Counted from the first letter of the stretch, positions 29,178 through 39,619 are shown. The stretch is DNA of 64,000 nucleotides from Clostridiaceae bacterium (GCA_012840085.1 DUMB01000066.1:19209-83208); one strand, 5' to 3'. The notes: a model not told the origin generated them from the sequence alone. Translations and numbers: made by a program.

Positions 29178-30764
29178 GTGAAAAGCAAATCCAGGTTCCA
29201 GAGGAGTTTTTGGATATTCCAGAAGGAAGATCAGGGATACGGTATAGGGCAGGGACCGTCAGGCTACATTAAGATAGAAGTAAGAGACGGAAAGGGAACT
29301 CTGTTCGCTGCAGTGCAGAATGTTAGAGATGGAGAAGACCTGTACATATATAAACTGTATTTAATTGAGCCTAAAGAAAGAGAAGCTAATATCGCTTATG
29401 TCGGAGTTGTACCGGTTAAAGGAAATAAAGGTGAATTAAAATGGGCATTTGATCCTGATAATGTTGCAAAGACAGGCAGCAGCATTGATCGATTTACAGT
29501 TGCAGCATTACTGGTGGAGATAACAGGCAGGAAAACTTTTCAGCTTATATGTCCAATGGCTGCTTACAGTAATAAACAAATATCCTGGAGAGAAAGCTTT
29601 AGAAGAACTTTTGACAAAAAGGCCGCGGGGCAAAATGCTGTAATTGTAAGGGATAATGACCTGGACAGCAGAGAAGAACATGGTGGCGTTTCTGAAAAAT
29701 GCGACATAGACAGGCCAGAGGAAAGCATAGCAGATGAAAATACGAGTATGCAAAGGGAGCAAGATAGCGGCAGCGAAAGAGAACAGGGCATAAATGTAGA
29801 AACAGTGCAATGCAGCAATGAAGGAGACCTACAAGACAGCGGCAGCGAAACCGGGCAGAGCAGATACTATGCAGGCGAGCAAGAGAGTGGCGGCGGTGAT
29901 GCTGAGCTGAGTGAAAGCTATGCAGATGACCAAGACGGTGGCAGCGAAACCGGGCAGAGCAGATACTATGCAGGCGGGCAAGAGAGTGGCGGCGGTGATG
30001 CTGAGCTGAGTGAAAGCTATGCAGATGAGCAAGACGGTGGCGGCGAAACCGGGCAAAGCAGATACTATGCAGGCGGGCAAGAGAGTGGCGGCGGTGATGC
30101 TGAGCTAAGCAAAAGCTATACAGATGAGCAAGCTGACGTCAGCAAAGCAGGGCTGACAGGTAGCGAAGGAAATGAGCAAAGCAGCGCATTCATGGGCGAG
30201 CAAACCGGCCCGAATGGGATAAGGTGTGTGTTGCAAAATAACGGTTTGCCAGGTGTTCCTTTCAATGGATGCGGTATCCCGTGCGCTACATGCAGCCTGA
30301 ACATGAGAAATAATGCAGGGAATATATCAGAAGCAGGAAATGTTTCAGGGAAACCGGTTGTTGACCTAAAAAAACTTGAAAACAGCTTTAATCAATATTT
30401 TGAGAAGTTTGACCCATTCCAGAATAAAAGAAGAGACTATAAGTGGTGGAGAATAGGAAGTCCGGTTCATCTCAATAACATATTATATCAGCATAATATA
30501 AGGACTCCGTTGTTATTCAATCATGCAGTAATGATGTCACATTTAAAATACCGGCATATGATAGCGGGGATTTATAAAGATGACGCCAAAAAAATCAGCC
30601 TGATTGTATGTGGTATACCAGCGGTATATGACACGGACACCAGGCCTTTTGGAAATATGTGCCGTTGGGCACAGCTGGAATCAGGAAGGTCAAAATATGG
30701 TGCTTTCGGGTACTGGCTTGTATATATCGATCCTGAAACAGGCAGATTTCTTAGTATAAGATAG
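29178..30764 (+). CDS. Hypothetical protein with three perfect 33-aa acidic Gly/Ser/Glu tandem repeats between conserved N- and C-terminal domains
   Basis: Start moved to the in-frame GTG at 29178, which has an AGGGGGG RBS. A 99-nt DNA period x3 lies at about 29830-30125 (SETGQSRYYAGGQESGGGDAELSESYADEQDGG). Confidence 0.5.
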   Translation: MKSKSRFQRSFWIFQKEDQGYGIGQGPSGYIKIEVRDGKGTLFAAVQNVRDGEDLYIYKLYLIEPKEREANIAYVGVVPVKGNKGELKWAFDPDNVAKTGSSIDRFTVAALLVEITGRKTFQLICPMAAYSNKQISWRESFRRTFDKKAAGQNAVIVRDNDLDSREEHGGVSEKCDIDRPEESIADENTSMQREQDSGSEREQGINVETVQCSNEGDLQDSGSETGQSRYYAGEQESGGGDAELSESYADDQDGGSETGQSRYYAGGQESGGGDAELSESYADEQDGGGETGQSRYYAGGQESGGGDAELSKSYTDEQADVSKAGLTGSEGNEQSSAFMGEQTGPNGIRCVLQNNGLPGVPFNGCGIPCATCSLNMRNNAGNISEAGNVSGKPVVDLKKLENSFNQYFEKFDPFQNKRRDYKWWRIGSPVHLNNILYQHNIRTPLLFNHAVMMSHLKYRHMIAGIYKDDAKKISLIVCGIPAVYDTDTRPFGNMCRWAQLESGRSKYGAFGYWLVYIDPETGRFLSIR

Positions 30765-30844
30765 TGTTACTTTATACGGTATTTCTATGCATACAAATAG
30801 ATTACTCTTATATACAACCTCGGGCATAACAGGTTAATTATTTA

Positions 30845-31008
30845 CAAATAAGGGTTTTTGACCATAAGGGTTTTATTACAATGAGGATTTTTATCACCAC
30901 AAGGCTTTTATCAGCATAAAGGCAATTTATTAGCATAAAGGTTTTTGTTAGTATAAGGGGTTTATCCGCATAAGGTGTTTTTATCAGCATATAAGTTTTT
31001 ATGTTGTG
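30845..31008. repeat. Iteron-like array: about 9 degenerate direct repeats of 18-19 nt (consensus roughly cATAAgGgTTTTtATCAGC)
   Basis: Direct reading. Units are contiguous with no unique spacers, so this is not CRISPR. Several units contain DnaA-box-like TTATCCGCA, TTATCACCA or TTATCAGCA. Confidence 0.7.
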
Positions 31009-31183
31009 AGCGCATGTTTTTCTGATTTGACGCACCTGAAACGTGTGGAATTGTAGAAAATGCGCTCTATTTATTCCATTTATATTGACATTACGCCTGT
31101 AAAAGTTTAATATTAGACTATAGTAGAGTGAAGCACGTTATTATATAGATAATGAATAATCCAAATGTAGAGGTGGAATTTAT

Positions 31184-31759
31184 ATGAGTACTACTATAGA
31201 TAAGGAATCACTGTTAAAACTGGTAGACAGCATCATAGATAAAGATGACCAGGTAAAGATAGCAACCTTGAGTGATGAGCTTACCATATCTCAGGTTGTG
31301 AAGTTCTTCGAAAGGCAGGGGAGGAGCTTTACCAAGACAATGATTCAAAACTATGTAAGGGTAGGTGTACTTCCTCCTCCGGTAGACAAGAGGTACTATA
31401 CTAAAAATCATCTTGTACTGCTGACATTGATTGACAATTTGAAAACAATTTATTCTCTTGAAGAAATAAAAACTGTACTTGGGCCTATACGTAATAATAC
31501 TGATATTTTTGAAGATGACATTATAGAGACTACGGACATATACAAGAATTATCTTGAAATGAGGAAATCTGCTCTGGGAAGATGGAAAGAATCTTTGCCT
31601 GCCTTATTTGATAAGGTTGGTGAGTTGCTTGCTGAAGACGGCGTGACAGAAAGTGAAAAAAATACTGCTACCGCATTTATGATAGCATTAACTGTAATGG
31701 CTGAGACAATAGCAATGAAGGATGTCGTTACAGAAATAATTAACCAGTATATCGAATAA
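31184..31759 (+). CDS. DUF1836-like protein (MerR-like N-terminal HTH)
   Basis: The TKTMIQNYVRVGVLPPPVDKRYYTKNHLVLL block resembles the DUF1836 signature. The family assignment is from memory. Confidence 0.45.
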   Translation: MSTTIDKESLLKLVDSIIDKDDQVKIATLSDELTISQVVKFFERQGRSFTKTMIQNYVRVGVLPPPVDKRYYTKNHLVLLTLIDNLKTIYSLEEIKTVLGPIRNNTDIFEDDIIETTDIYKNYLEMRKSALGRWKESLPALFDKVGELLAEDGVTESEKNTATAFMIALTVMAETIAMKDVVTEIINQYIE

Positions 31760-32308
31760 TCATATTTAATCAATTATTTTTCAAATATACTGATTAAATA
31801 CTGTATATTTCAGATTCTTTAAAAATAAGTTTTTAGTGATGATGTATATTAATTCTGTTATTGGATTGATTGAATAAAAATTAAAATAAAAAAAGCTGAG
31901 GATCTTCATACAATCACATCTTCTTTAGCACACAAATGAAATCTCTGCAAATTTAACTGCAGGGATTTTTTTATTTGCCACATTGCAGCTTCCTTAACCA
32001 ATTGTTTGCTTTCACAAACAGGCAATAGCGCATAGTATGCAAGCTTAACTGGAATATTGGCTATCCTGTGCCATAATACGGCTTTCGGGGATGAATAAAA
32101 TATTCAAATTTCGCATTTATATTTAAGCAATAAATTTTGTTAAAAATACTTGATTTACTATATAAATTGTGGTAATCTCTTATATAGATATTAGATATAT
32201 ATAATATAGAGTAAATCACAACATACATACCAATAATTTCAACAGAAGATTTAGCAGCTAATGGCTCAAGGGTGATATTGCGTAGTTTTTCTAAAAGGAG
32301 GTGAAGTT

Positions 32309-32992
32309 GTGCTTTATGTTTATATCGGTTGTTTCACATTTGGCATATTGTACTCCTTAGTATCTTTGCTGCTAAGTTCTAATGGCTTTGATGGTGACGG
32401 AGCTGACAGCGGTGATTTTGACTTCTCTGACGGCATTGATTCAGGAAGTTTCGACGCCCAGATTGATGCAACCGCCCAAGGAGACCTGGATGTACAAACG
32501 GACGCAGCAACGGACACTGATGTGGATACACCTTCACCTTTCAGCCCTATTGTTATTGCAAGTGCTATTACAACTTTTGGAGCTGTGGGATTGATAGGAA
32601 AACTGGGATTCAGAATGAGTGATGTTACCAGTGCTGTAGTTTCACTGGGCTTTGCAGGCTCAATAGGTATGGCCATATTTTTTGGCATTGTAAAGTTCAT
32701 GTACAGTTCCCAGTCCAATTCCATTTATTCACAAGACGAAATAGTAGGATTTGATGCAGAGGTAATTACACCTATTCCACCAAATGGTCTTGGAGAAATT
32801 GCATATGTCATTAACGGGACCAGGTACAATTTATCTGCAAAGTCTGCTGACGGCGAAAAAATAGGAAGGGGGGAGACGGTAAAAATAAGAAGTGTATCCG
32901 GAAATCTTGCTATTGTTTCACGGAAAATGACATTGGAGGATTATGACCGTATAAAAAATGCACCAAACAGCAATGAGGAAATGCAAAATTAA
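32309..32992 (+). CDS. NfeD-like membrane protein (YuaF-like), partner of flotillin
   Basis: GTG start with an AGGAGGTGA RBS. N-terminal TM helix, an Asp-rich linker, a second TM region and a C-terminal OB-fold NfeD domain (GEIAYVINGTRYNLSAKS...VKIRSVSGNLAIV). It lies immediately upstream of floT and overlaps it. Confidence 0.6.
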   Translation: MLYVYIGCFTFGILYSLVSLLLSSNGFDGDGADSGDFDFSDGIDSGSFDAQIDATAQGDLDVQTDAATDTDVDTPSPFSPIVIASAITTFGAVGLIGKLGFRMSDVTSAVVSLGFAGSIGMAIFFGIVKFMYSSQSNSIYSQDEIVGFDAEVITPIPPNGLGEIAYVINGTRYNLSAKSADGEKIGRGETVKIRSVSGNLAIVSRKMTLEDYDRIKNAPNSNEEMQN

Positions 32993-33023
32993 AAGAATGA
33001 TAAATTGTAAGGAGGGGTTAATT

Positions 33024-34457
33024 ATGGGAGATGCTGTTGGAATCGCCATTATGGTTGGTGCTTTAGCTGTATTAGTAATTTTTATTTTGATTGCGGTATT
33101 TGCAAAAAGGTATGTAAAAGTGGGGCCTGATGAAGCTCTTATAGTTTCAGGACGCAAAAGGAGACTTCCTAACGGGAATGTAGTGGGATTCAGAATTGTA
33201 AAAGGCGGAGCAACTTTTGTATGGCCTGTGCTGGAAGTTGCCAAGGTTTTATCGCTGAGGATAATGCCTCTTGATGTAAACTCAAGCGCACTGTCTTCAC
33301 AGGGAGTGCAGATTTCCGTTGACGGTGTTGCTCAGGTAAAGGTGGATTCAAGCATAGAATCCATAGCGACGGCTGCAGAACAGTTCCTCAGCCTGAAGGA
33401 AGAAGAGATAAGAAGAATAGCCACACAGACTCTGGAAGGTCATCTGCGCTCTATAGTAGGAAATTTGACTGTTGAGGAAATAAACCAAAACAGAGATGCG
33501 TTTGCTCAAAAGGTACAGGAACTTGCAGCCAGCGACCTTGCCAATATGGGTCTTAAGATAATTTCCTTTACACTTAGAGAAATTAGTGATAAAAATGGAT
33601 ACCTGGCCAATCTTGGAAAGGCCCAGATTGCGCGAGTTGAAAGAGATGCTATTATTGGAGAAGCTGAAGCAAAAAGAGATGCAGATATTAAAAGCGCTGA
33701 AGCCATGCAGGCAGGACAGACTGCAAAATATCTTGCAGAGACACGGATTGCGGAAGCCAATATGGATAAAGAAATAAAGACGGCACAGTTTCAGGCTTCT
33801 ATTAATGAAAAAAAGGCAGAGGCAGACTTGTCTTATGACAAGAAGAAATATATTGTACAACAGGATGTTGAAAGAGAGGCACTCCAGGTTGAGATAGTAA
33901 GGAAACAAAAAGAGATTGAAATACAAGAGCAGGAAGCCCTAAGAAAGGAAAAGGAACTTGAAGCTACCGTTAAAAAGCCCGCAGAAGCAGAGAGATACAA
34001 AACTGAAGTCGAAGCTGAGGCTGCCAGGGTAAGAAGATTGAAGGAGGCAGAAGCCCATTCTTATGCCATCAAGGCTGAGGGTAATGCAAAAGCTGAAGCC
34101 CAGAAGGCTGTGGGTCTTGCAGAAGCCGAAATTATAAAAGCCAAAGGTGAAGCTGAAGCAGCTGCTATGATTAAAAAGGCTGAAGCATACAAACAGTTCA
34201 ACAATGCGGCAATGGCTCATATGATAATAGAAAAACTTCCTGAAATCGCGGCAGCCATCGCACAACCTCTGGCAAAGACCGAAAAAATTGTGATGATAGG
34301 AGATTCAGGCGCTTCAAAACTAACAAAAGATGTAACAAATATTATGGCTCAGCTGCCTGAAACTATCAAAGGTCTTACCGGAATTGATCTGACCGGTATA
34401 ATAAAGAATTATGCCGAGGGTGCAGAAGATAAGGCAAGCAGTTTAAATGCAGATTAG
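33024..34457 (+). CDS. floT: Flotillin (SPFH/band-7 domain, FloT/YuaG-like)
   Basis: N-terminal hairpin TM helix and an SPFH domain, followed by a long EA-rich coiled-coil flotillin tail (AEAEAKRDADIKSAEA...). Start placed at the ATG at 33024, which has a GGAGGGG RBS. Confidence 0.85.
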   Translation: MGDAVGIAIMVGALAVLVIFILIAVFAKRYVKVGPDEALIVSGRKRRLPNGNVVGFRIVKGGATFVWPVLEVAKVLSLRIMPLDVNSSALSSQGVQISVDGVAQVKVDSSIESIATAAEQFLSLKEEEIRRIATQTLEGHLRSIVGNLTVEEINQNRDAFAQKVQELAASDLANMGLKIISFTLREISDKNGYLANLGKAQIARVERDAIIGEAEAKRDADIKSAEAMQAGQTAKYLAETRIAEANMDKEIKTAQFQASINEKKAEADLSYDKKKYIVQQDVEREALQVEIVRKQKEIEIQEQEALRKEKELEATVKKPAEAERYKTEVEAEAARVRRLKEAEAHSYAIKAEGNAKAEAQKAVGLAEAEIIKAKGEAEAAAMIKKAEAYKQFNNAAMAHMIIEKLPEIAAAIAQPLAKTEKIVMIGDSGASKLTKDVTNIMAQLPETIKGLTGIDLTGIIKNYAEGAEDKASSLNAD

Positions 34458-34569
34458 TAAGTTCAGTAAATGTTATGTTAAAAAATGGTAATACCAAACT
34501 GATATTAGGTAGATATAAGATAATTTTCAATATGTTAACCTGATAAGAATTTAAATATAGATTAAGTGT

Positions 34570-34780
34570 TATAGAGATATAATAATGAAAGAAATATAAT
34601 AATAAAAGCCACACAATAATAAAAACACAAAATAATAAAACCACATAATAATAAAACCACAAAATAATGAAGCCATACAATAATAAAGCCACATAATAAT
34701 GACAGCAATATAATACTGAAAGCGATACAATAATGAAAGACAAACAATAATGAAAGACAAACAATAATGAGCAGAAACCG
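34570..34780. repeat. Tandem repeat, about 15-16-nt unit (aCAtAATAATgAAAgc) x ~13, between the floT stop and its terminator
   Basis: Direct reading. The minus-strand ORFs 34375..34844 are repeat artefacts. Confidence 0.75.
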
Positions 34781-34819
34781 GCGTGTCTGACTGGCTGCCA
34801 TGCGGTTTCTGCTTTTTTG
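34771..34819 (+). terminator. Rho-independent terminator
   Basis: GCAGAAACCGgcgtgtctgactggctgccatgCGGTTTCTGCtttttt. Confidence 0.75.
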
Positions 34820-35066
34820 TGTTGTTTTGAATGGTTCTTTCCATTTGCTTTAAATATTCATTTGTTTAAATATTTTTCTGTATTTATTGCAATACTTTTT
34901 CTGCATATTTTGCTCTCAAATTAAGCTTCATAGATTTCTATAAAAGTTAATCATTATAAATTTATTTATAAAGAAAAAAACTCTAGATGAATGCTTTTTC
35001 TGACGAAATATAGTATAATATTAAAAAAAGTGTCTAATTATTCGGGCACAAAGGAGCTGGTTTCAG

Positions 35067-35471
35067 GTGGCGGATAAAAGCAGGGTGGAAGTGAGGATTG
35101 CCGGTAAAGAGTATATTTTAGTCGGTCCTGCAACTGATGAATATATTCAGAAAATAGCACTTTATGTTGATAAAAAAATGAATGAAATAATGAAGGCAAA
35201 TCATAAGCTTAGTACGTCTATGGCGGCAGTACTTACAGCGCTGAATGTTGCGGACGACTATTTTAAGTCACTGGAAAACAGTGAAAATTTGGAAAGAAAA
35301 CTGAAGAGGGCTCAGGAACATCTTGAAATACTCAAAGACGAAAATGAGAATCTAAGTGGAGAAAATGCTGTTTTGAGTGAAGAAAATACAAGTCTTAAGC
35401 TCGAGTTGGCAAAAAGAGAAGCTGAACTGCGGGAATTGCGCAACTCTCTTGATATCCTCACAAGACCGTAG
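35067..35471 (+). CDS. zapA: Cell division protein ZapA
   Basis: GTG start with an AAGGAG RBS. VEVRIAGKEYILVGPATDEYIQKIALYVDKKM is typical of ZapA, with a C-terminal coiled coil. Confidence 0.75.
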   Translation: MADKSRVEVRIAGKEYILVGPATDEYIQKIALYVDKKMNEIMKANHKLSTSMAAVLTALNVADDYFKSLENSENLERKLKRAQEHLEILKDENENLSGENAVLSEENTSLKLELAKREAELRELRNSLDILTRP

Positions 35472-35589
35472 GTATTATAATTTTATAAAAGGGGTATTTA
35501 TATAAATGGATATCATTAATTATAATAAAGCGCATAAGCGCTTTTTTTGATGTTGAGAAGAAGAGTTCAAAGGTCAGAGGGAGAAACGT

Positions 35590-38214
35590 ATGAATAAAAA
35601 GGTCGAACTGCTGGCGCCGGCGGGAAACATGGAATCATTAAAAGCTGCAATAGAAAATGGTGCCGATGCTGTCTATCTCGGTGGAAAGCTGTTTAATGCG
35701 AGAGAATACGCAGACAATTTTGATAGTGAGCAATTAAAAGAGGCTGTTTACTATGCGCATGTCAGAGGGGCTAATGTTTACTTTACAATGAACATTCTTA
35801 TATCAGACGATGAGATGAAACAAGCTGTTGAATGCGCAGAAAATGCATGGATGGCAGGTATTGACGGGATAATAGTCCAGGATATTGGTTTTGCGTCGGT
35901 ATTAAGAAATAATTTGCCTGATCTGAGCTTGCATGCCAGTACCCAGATGACAATTTACAATTTGCAGGGTGTTGAGGAGCTGGAAAAACTTGGGTTTAAA
36001 CGGATTGTACTGGCAAGAGAACTGCCCTTTGAAGAAATTAAATATATTGCTGAGAATACCAACATTGAGCTGGAAGTGTTTGTTCACGGTGCATTGTGTA
36101 TATGTTATTCCGGTCAGTGCCTTATGAGCAGTATGATTGGTGGAAGAAGCGGGAACAGGGGAAAGTGCGCTCAGCCATGCAGGCTGCCGTATGAACTGGT
36201 GGAGAGCAACAAAACAGATAATTGGGAAAAGGTCATAAAGTCTTGCGGCAGGTATATTTTAAGCCCCAAGGACCTTTGCCTGGTATCAGAACTGGGCAGG
36301 TTCGCATATTCAGGGGTTAGTTCAATCAAGATAGAAGGCAGAATGAAGAATCCGGAATACGTAGCAACTGTAGTACGCATATACAGAAAATATTTGGATA
36401 GAGCTTTGATGGATTTCAATGGCACCGGAGAAAATGGTGCGGCATTAGAATTAGAAAAGGTTGCAGTATCAGATAAGAATGCAGTATCAGAAAAGGATAC
36501 GGCATTAGAAAAGGTTGAAGCATTTAGTATAGATAGCAAAGATATGAAGGAACTCACTCAAATTTTTAACAGAGGTGGTTTTACAAGCGGGTATTTCAGA
36601 GGTAAGCAGGGAAGAGACATGATGTCCTACGAGAAACCTAAGAATTGGGGATTATATCTGGGTACGGTACAAAACTATAATCCAAAGCGCAATGCCATTA
36701 CTCTAAAGATTGAGGAAGATATCGGAATTGGTGACGGTATAGAGGTCTGGAATGGAGAAAATGAGAGCCCGTCGACTATTGTGAGTGAAATATTGATAAA
36801 CAGCAGCAGGGTACAGAGGGCTTCTAAAGGTAATACTGTAACCATAAGCAGCATAAAAGGCAGAATAAATAAAGGTGACAGGGTATATAAAACTTCTGAC
36901 AGAGAACTTGGGGAAACAGCTAGAAAAACTTTTGAAAACAATTTGATGAGGAAAGTTCCATTGAATTGTACAGTTGAAATAAGATCAGGCAGGCAGATGA
37001 GTGTTACTGCCGAAGACGATATAGGCAACAGAGTGTCTGTAGTCAGTGAAAGTATTCCTGAAAAAGCATTGAACAAGGCAGCTACTGTAGAAACAGTTGT
37101 AAAGCAGTTTGATAAAACAGGTGGTACACCTTTTATATTTAAGAATATTAATGTAGAGCTGGATGAAGGCCTGTCCGTATCTCTAAGCAAGTTGAATGAG
37201 TTAAGAAGAAAAGTCCTTGAGGAAATGGAAGTCCGGAGGGGAAATAAATATCCTGCAAGAACTTTCGGCAAACAGGTCGAAAATGAAAAAAGAATATATA
37301 ATTTCCCGGGAAATTCTCGAAATGGCATGAAAAATTTCCTCGAAAAAAGGTTTAAAGTATCGGTTCTTTTCTATAAGTGGAGAGAGGATTTAATATCAGA
37401 GAAATTGGAGGCTGACAGGCTTTATATAAATGTATCAGACTTTTTGAACGCAGAAAAAAGGGAAATAGCGATGGAATTAAAAAACAGAGGAAAGGAGATA
37501 TTTGCCTGGATTCCTTCCATTACACGGGGAAATTATCATCATATAATTCCCTCAGCATTAGAAGCAGCAGGTAAATGCCTTGACGGAGTACTTATTGGAA
37601 ACCTTGGTTCTATAAGCTACGTTTCCAGGTATCCCGGTTTGAAAATTATGGGAGATTATTCTCTGAATGTCTTTAACGTTTTTTCTGAAAAAGAGCTTTC
37701 TGCTAAGGGCTTATATGGAATAACTCTTTCACCTGAGATGACAATGAAGCAAATAAATAATTTTGAATCCGAAGACAGGCTGCAGAGGGAGATAGTGGTA
37801 TATGGCAGAATACCCGTAATGACAAGTGAATATTGCCATGTAGGAAGTATTGCCGGAGGTTTCGGCAGTAAGTCTGAATGCAGTAAAGTATGTGTTGACA
37901 GGAGTTTCGCATTGAAGGACAGAAAAGGTATAAGATTTCCTGTATTTTGTGACAGGGTTGACTGCAGGAGTATCATATTTAATTCCAATGTAATTTTTAT
38001 TGCAGATGAAATTGACAAGCTAAATGTGAATGCAGTTGATATTTTGAGATTAAATATAACGGATGAAGCTGCTGAAGCAGTTAAAGATATCATAGCTATG
38101 CATAGTGATTTAGCTGAACAGGGCATCAGCTCACTCCACAAGTATGGAGACTTGATTGATTTAATAAAAAGAAGCGGGTTTACCAGAGGCCATTATTTCA
38201 GAGGAGTTATTTAA
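35590..38214 (+). CDS. Peptidase U32 family protein (collagenase-like, long form with C-terminal extension)
   Basis: N-terminal U32 catalytic region (LLAPAGNMESLKAAIENGADAVYLGG; Cys cluster CICYSGQC...CAQPC). 874 aa with an internal AxELEKV repeat insert. Confidence 0.8.
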   Translation: MNKKVELLAPAGNMESLKAAIENGADAVYLGGKLFNAREYADNFDSEQLKEAVYYAHVRGANVYFTMNILISDDEMKQAVECAENAWMAGIDGIIVQDIGFASVLRNNLPDLSLHASTQMTIYNLQGVEELEKLGFKRIVLARELPFEEIKYIAENTNIELEVFVHGALCICYSGQCLMSSMIGGRSGNRGKCAQPCRLPYELVESNKTDNWEKVIKSCGRYILSPKDLCLVSELGRFAYSGVSSIKIEGRMKNPEYVATVVRIYRKYLDRALMDFNGTGENGAALELEKVAVSDKNAVSEKDTALEKVEAFSIDSKDMKELTQIFNRGGFTSGYFRGKQGRDMMSYEKPKNWGLYLGTVQNYNPKRNAITLKIEEDIGIGDGIEVWNGENESPSTIVSEILINSSRVQRASKGNTVTISSIKGRINKGDRVYKTSDRELGETARKTFENNLMRKVPLNCTVEIRSGRQMSVTAEDDIGNRVSVVSESIPEKALNKAATVETVVKQFDKTGGTPFIFKNINVELDEGLSVSLSKLNELRRKVLEEMEVRRGNKYPARTFGKQVENEKRIYNFPGNSRNGMKNFLEKRFKVSVLFYKWREDLISEKLEADRLYINVSDFLNAEKREIAMELKNRGKEIFAWIPSITRGNYHHIIPSALEAAGKCLDGVLIGNLGSISYVSRYPGLKIMGDYSLNVFNVFSEKELSAKGLYGITLSPEMTMKQINNFESEDRLQREIVVYGRIPVMTSEYCHVGSIAGGFGSKSECSKVCVDRSFALKDRKGIRFPVFCDRVDCRSIIFNSNVIFIADEIDKLNVNAVDILRLNITDEAAEAVKDIIAMHSDLAEQGISSLHKYGDLIDLIKRSGFTRGHYFRGVI

Positions 38215-38599
38215 GCGGTGCATGTAGTTTGCTTTCCATAATAGGCGGTATACAGCAAGTTGATTTAATATATTTAGTAAATCGTCCTATTAACTAATAG
38301 AAATAAATACCGATAAAGGTTATAAGAAATGATTCATATAGGCAAGCATTAAATTCTGCATGATTTAAATGTGTTATTTTGAAAACAGAAAATATATAAA
38401 TTTATATATTAAATTTATATGTTAATTTATATATTCGCAATAGCAATACCATATACTTGTAAAAGCAATATAGCAGTAATAAATTATGAAATGATAAGCC
38501 ATGCAGTAATATATATTTAAAAAGATAGACAGCAATATGTATTTTAATATATAATAGCAATATTTTAATATACATAATATATCTTTTGTAAACAATAAT

Positions 38600-38760
38600 T
38601 GAATAAATTATTTGCAATGAATTAAATTCAGCAATGAATTAAATTTAACAATAAATTAAATTTAACAATGCATTAAATTTAGCAAAGAATTGTATTTGGC
38701 AAAAATATATTTTGCAAAGAATTATAGTTAGCAAAAAAAATTATTTTGCAAAGGATTAGT
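38600..38760. repeat. AT-rich degenerate tandem repeats (CAATGAATTAAATTTAA-like x4, then TTTGCAAAGAATTA-like x3)
   Basis: Direct reading upstream of dut. Confidence 0.6.
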
Positions 38761-38841
38761 TGAAACAGTTTTTGCAGTTTCAGGTAATTCCAAGCATAGA
38801 AGCGATTAATTATTAACTAAAACTAAGGGGGAGATGTTATA

Positions 38842-39339
38842 ATGTCGGTAGAAGTTTTTGTAGAAATATGCAGGGAAGGTGCTATACTACCCAGGTATGC
38901 AAACCCCGGGGATGCGGGTATGGACGTTTTTGCAGCAGAGGATACTATAATACGTCCTGGTGAAACTGTAATAATTCCTACAGGTTTAAAATTAGCAATT
39001 CCGGAAGGTTATGAAATTCAGATTAGGCCCAGAAGCGGCATATCTTTAAATACACCCCTCAGGCTTTCAAATTCTCCTGGAACAATTGACAGTGGTTACA
39101 GGAATGAATTGGGAATTATTATGACAAATACGTCATCTTTATGCTGCTATAATCAGGAAGAGCTTCTTTCACTGGACTCAAAGGGGAATATATACGGCAC
39201 TTACAAGATAAAGAAAGGTGACAGGATTGCCCAAATGGTTCTGCAAGTTGTGCCAAGGATTAAATTTGTTCAGGTGGATTCCGTTGAAGGAATAGGCAAT
39301 GACAGAGGGGGAGGATTCGGATCCACAGGGGTTAGGTAA
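38842..39339 (+). CDS. dut: dUTP diphosphatase
   Basis: dUTPase motifs (GDAGMDV, RPRSG, GTIDSGYRNE). AAGGGGGAG RBS. Confidence 0.85.
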   Translation: MSVEVFVEICREGAILPRYANPGDAGMDVFAAEDTIIRPGETVIIPTGLKLAIPEGYEIQIRPRSGISLNTPLRLSNSPGTIDSGYRNELGIIMTNTSSLCCYNQEELLSLDSKGNIYGTYKIKKGDRIAQMVLQVVPRIKFVQVDSVEGIGNDRGGGFGSTGVR

Positions 39340-39619
39340 TATTATGATATTTCTTTTATAAGCCTGCACGTAGGAGCCTGCTGAAACAGAAAAATTCTTT
39401 ATAATGTTGAAATCGAAAGAAGTAAGGAATTTGCAGCATAAGCATAGGTAACAGCGGAAAAACGACATGAATTTAAAAGTTCAAAACTTACTGAGATTGA
39501 ATAAAAATATTCTTTGAGGTAATATATAATTGTAAGATGTGGAATAATTATATTAAACAAATTGTGGATATAATTCGACATCTTATTACCAATTCAATAA
39601 TAAGAAAGGGGTTTTTATT

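Noticed and set aside
30845-31008. Possible CRISPR array, also considered for the other tandem repeats (24081-24178, 34570-34780, 15318-15388)
   Set aside because: Repeat units are contiguous and degenerate, with no unique similarly sized spacers. No cas genes are nearby. They are minisatellite or iteron-like, not CRISPR.
34375-34844. Three overlapping minus-strand ORFs encoding hydrophobic, repeat-rich peptides
   Set aside because: They are translation artefacts of the 15-16-nt tandem repeat in the floT 3' region. They have no RBS and are mutually overlapping.
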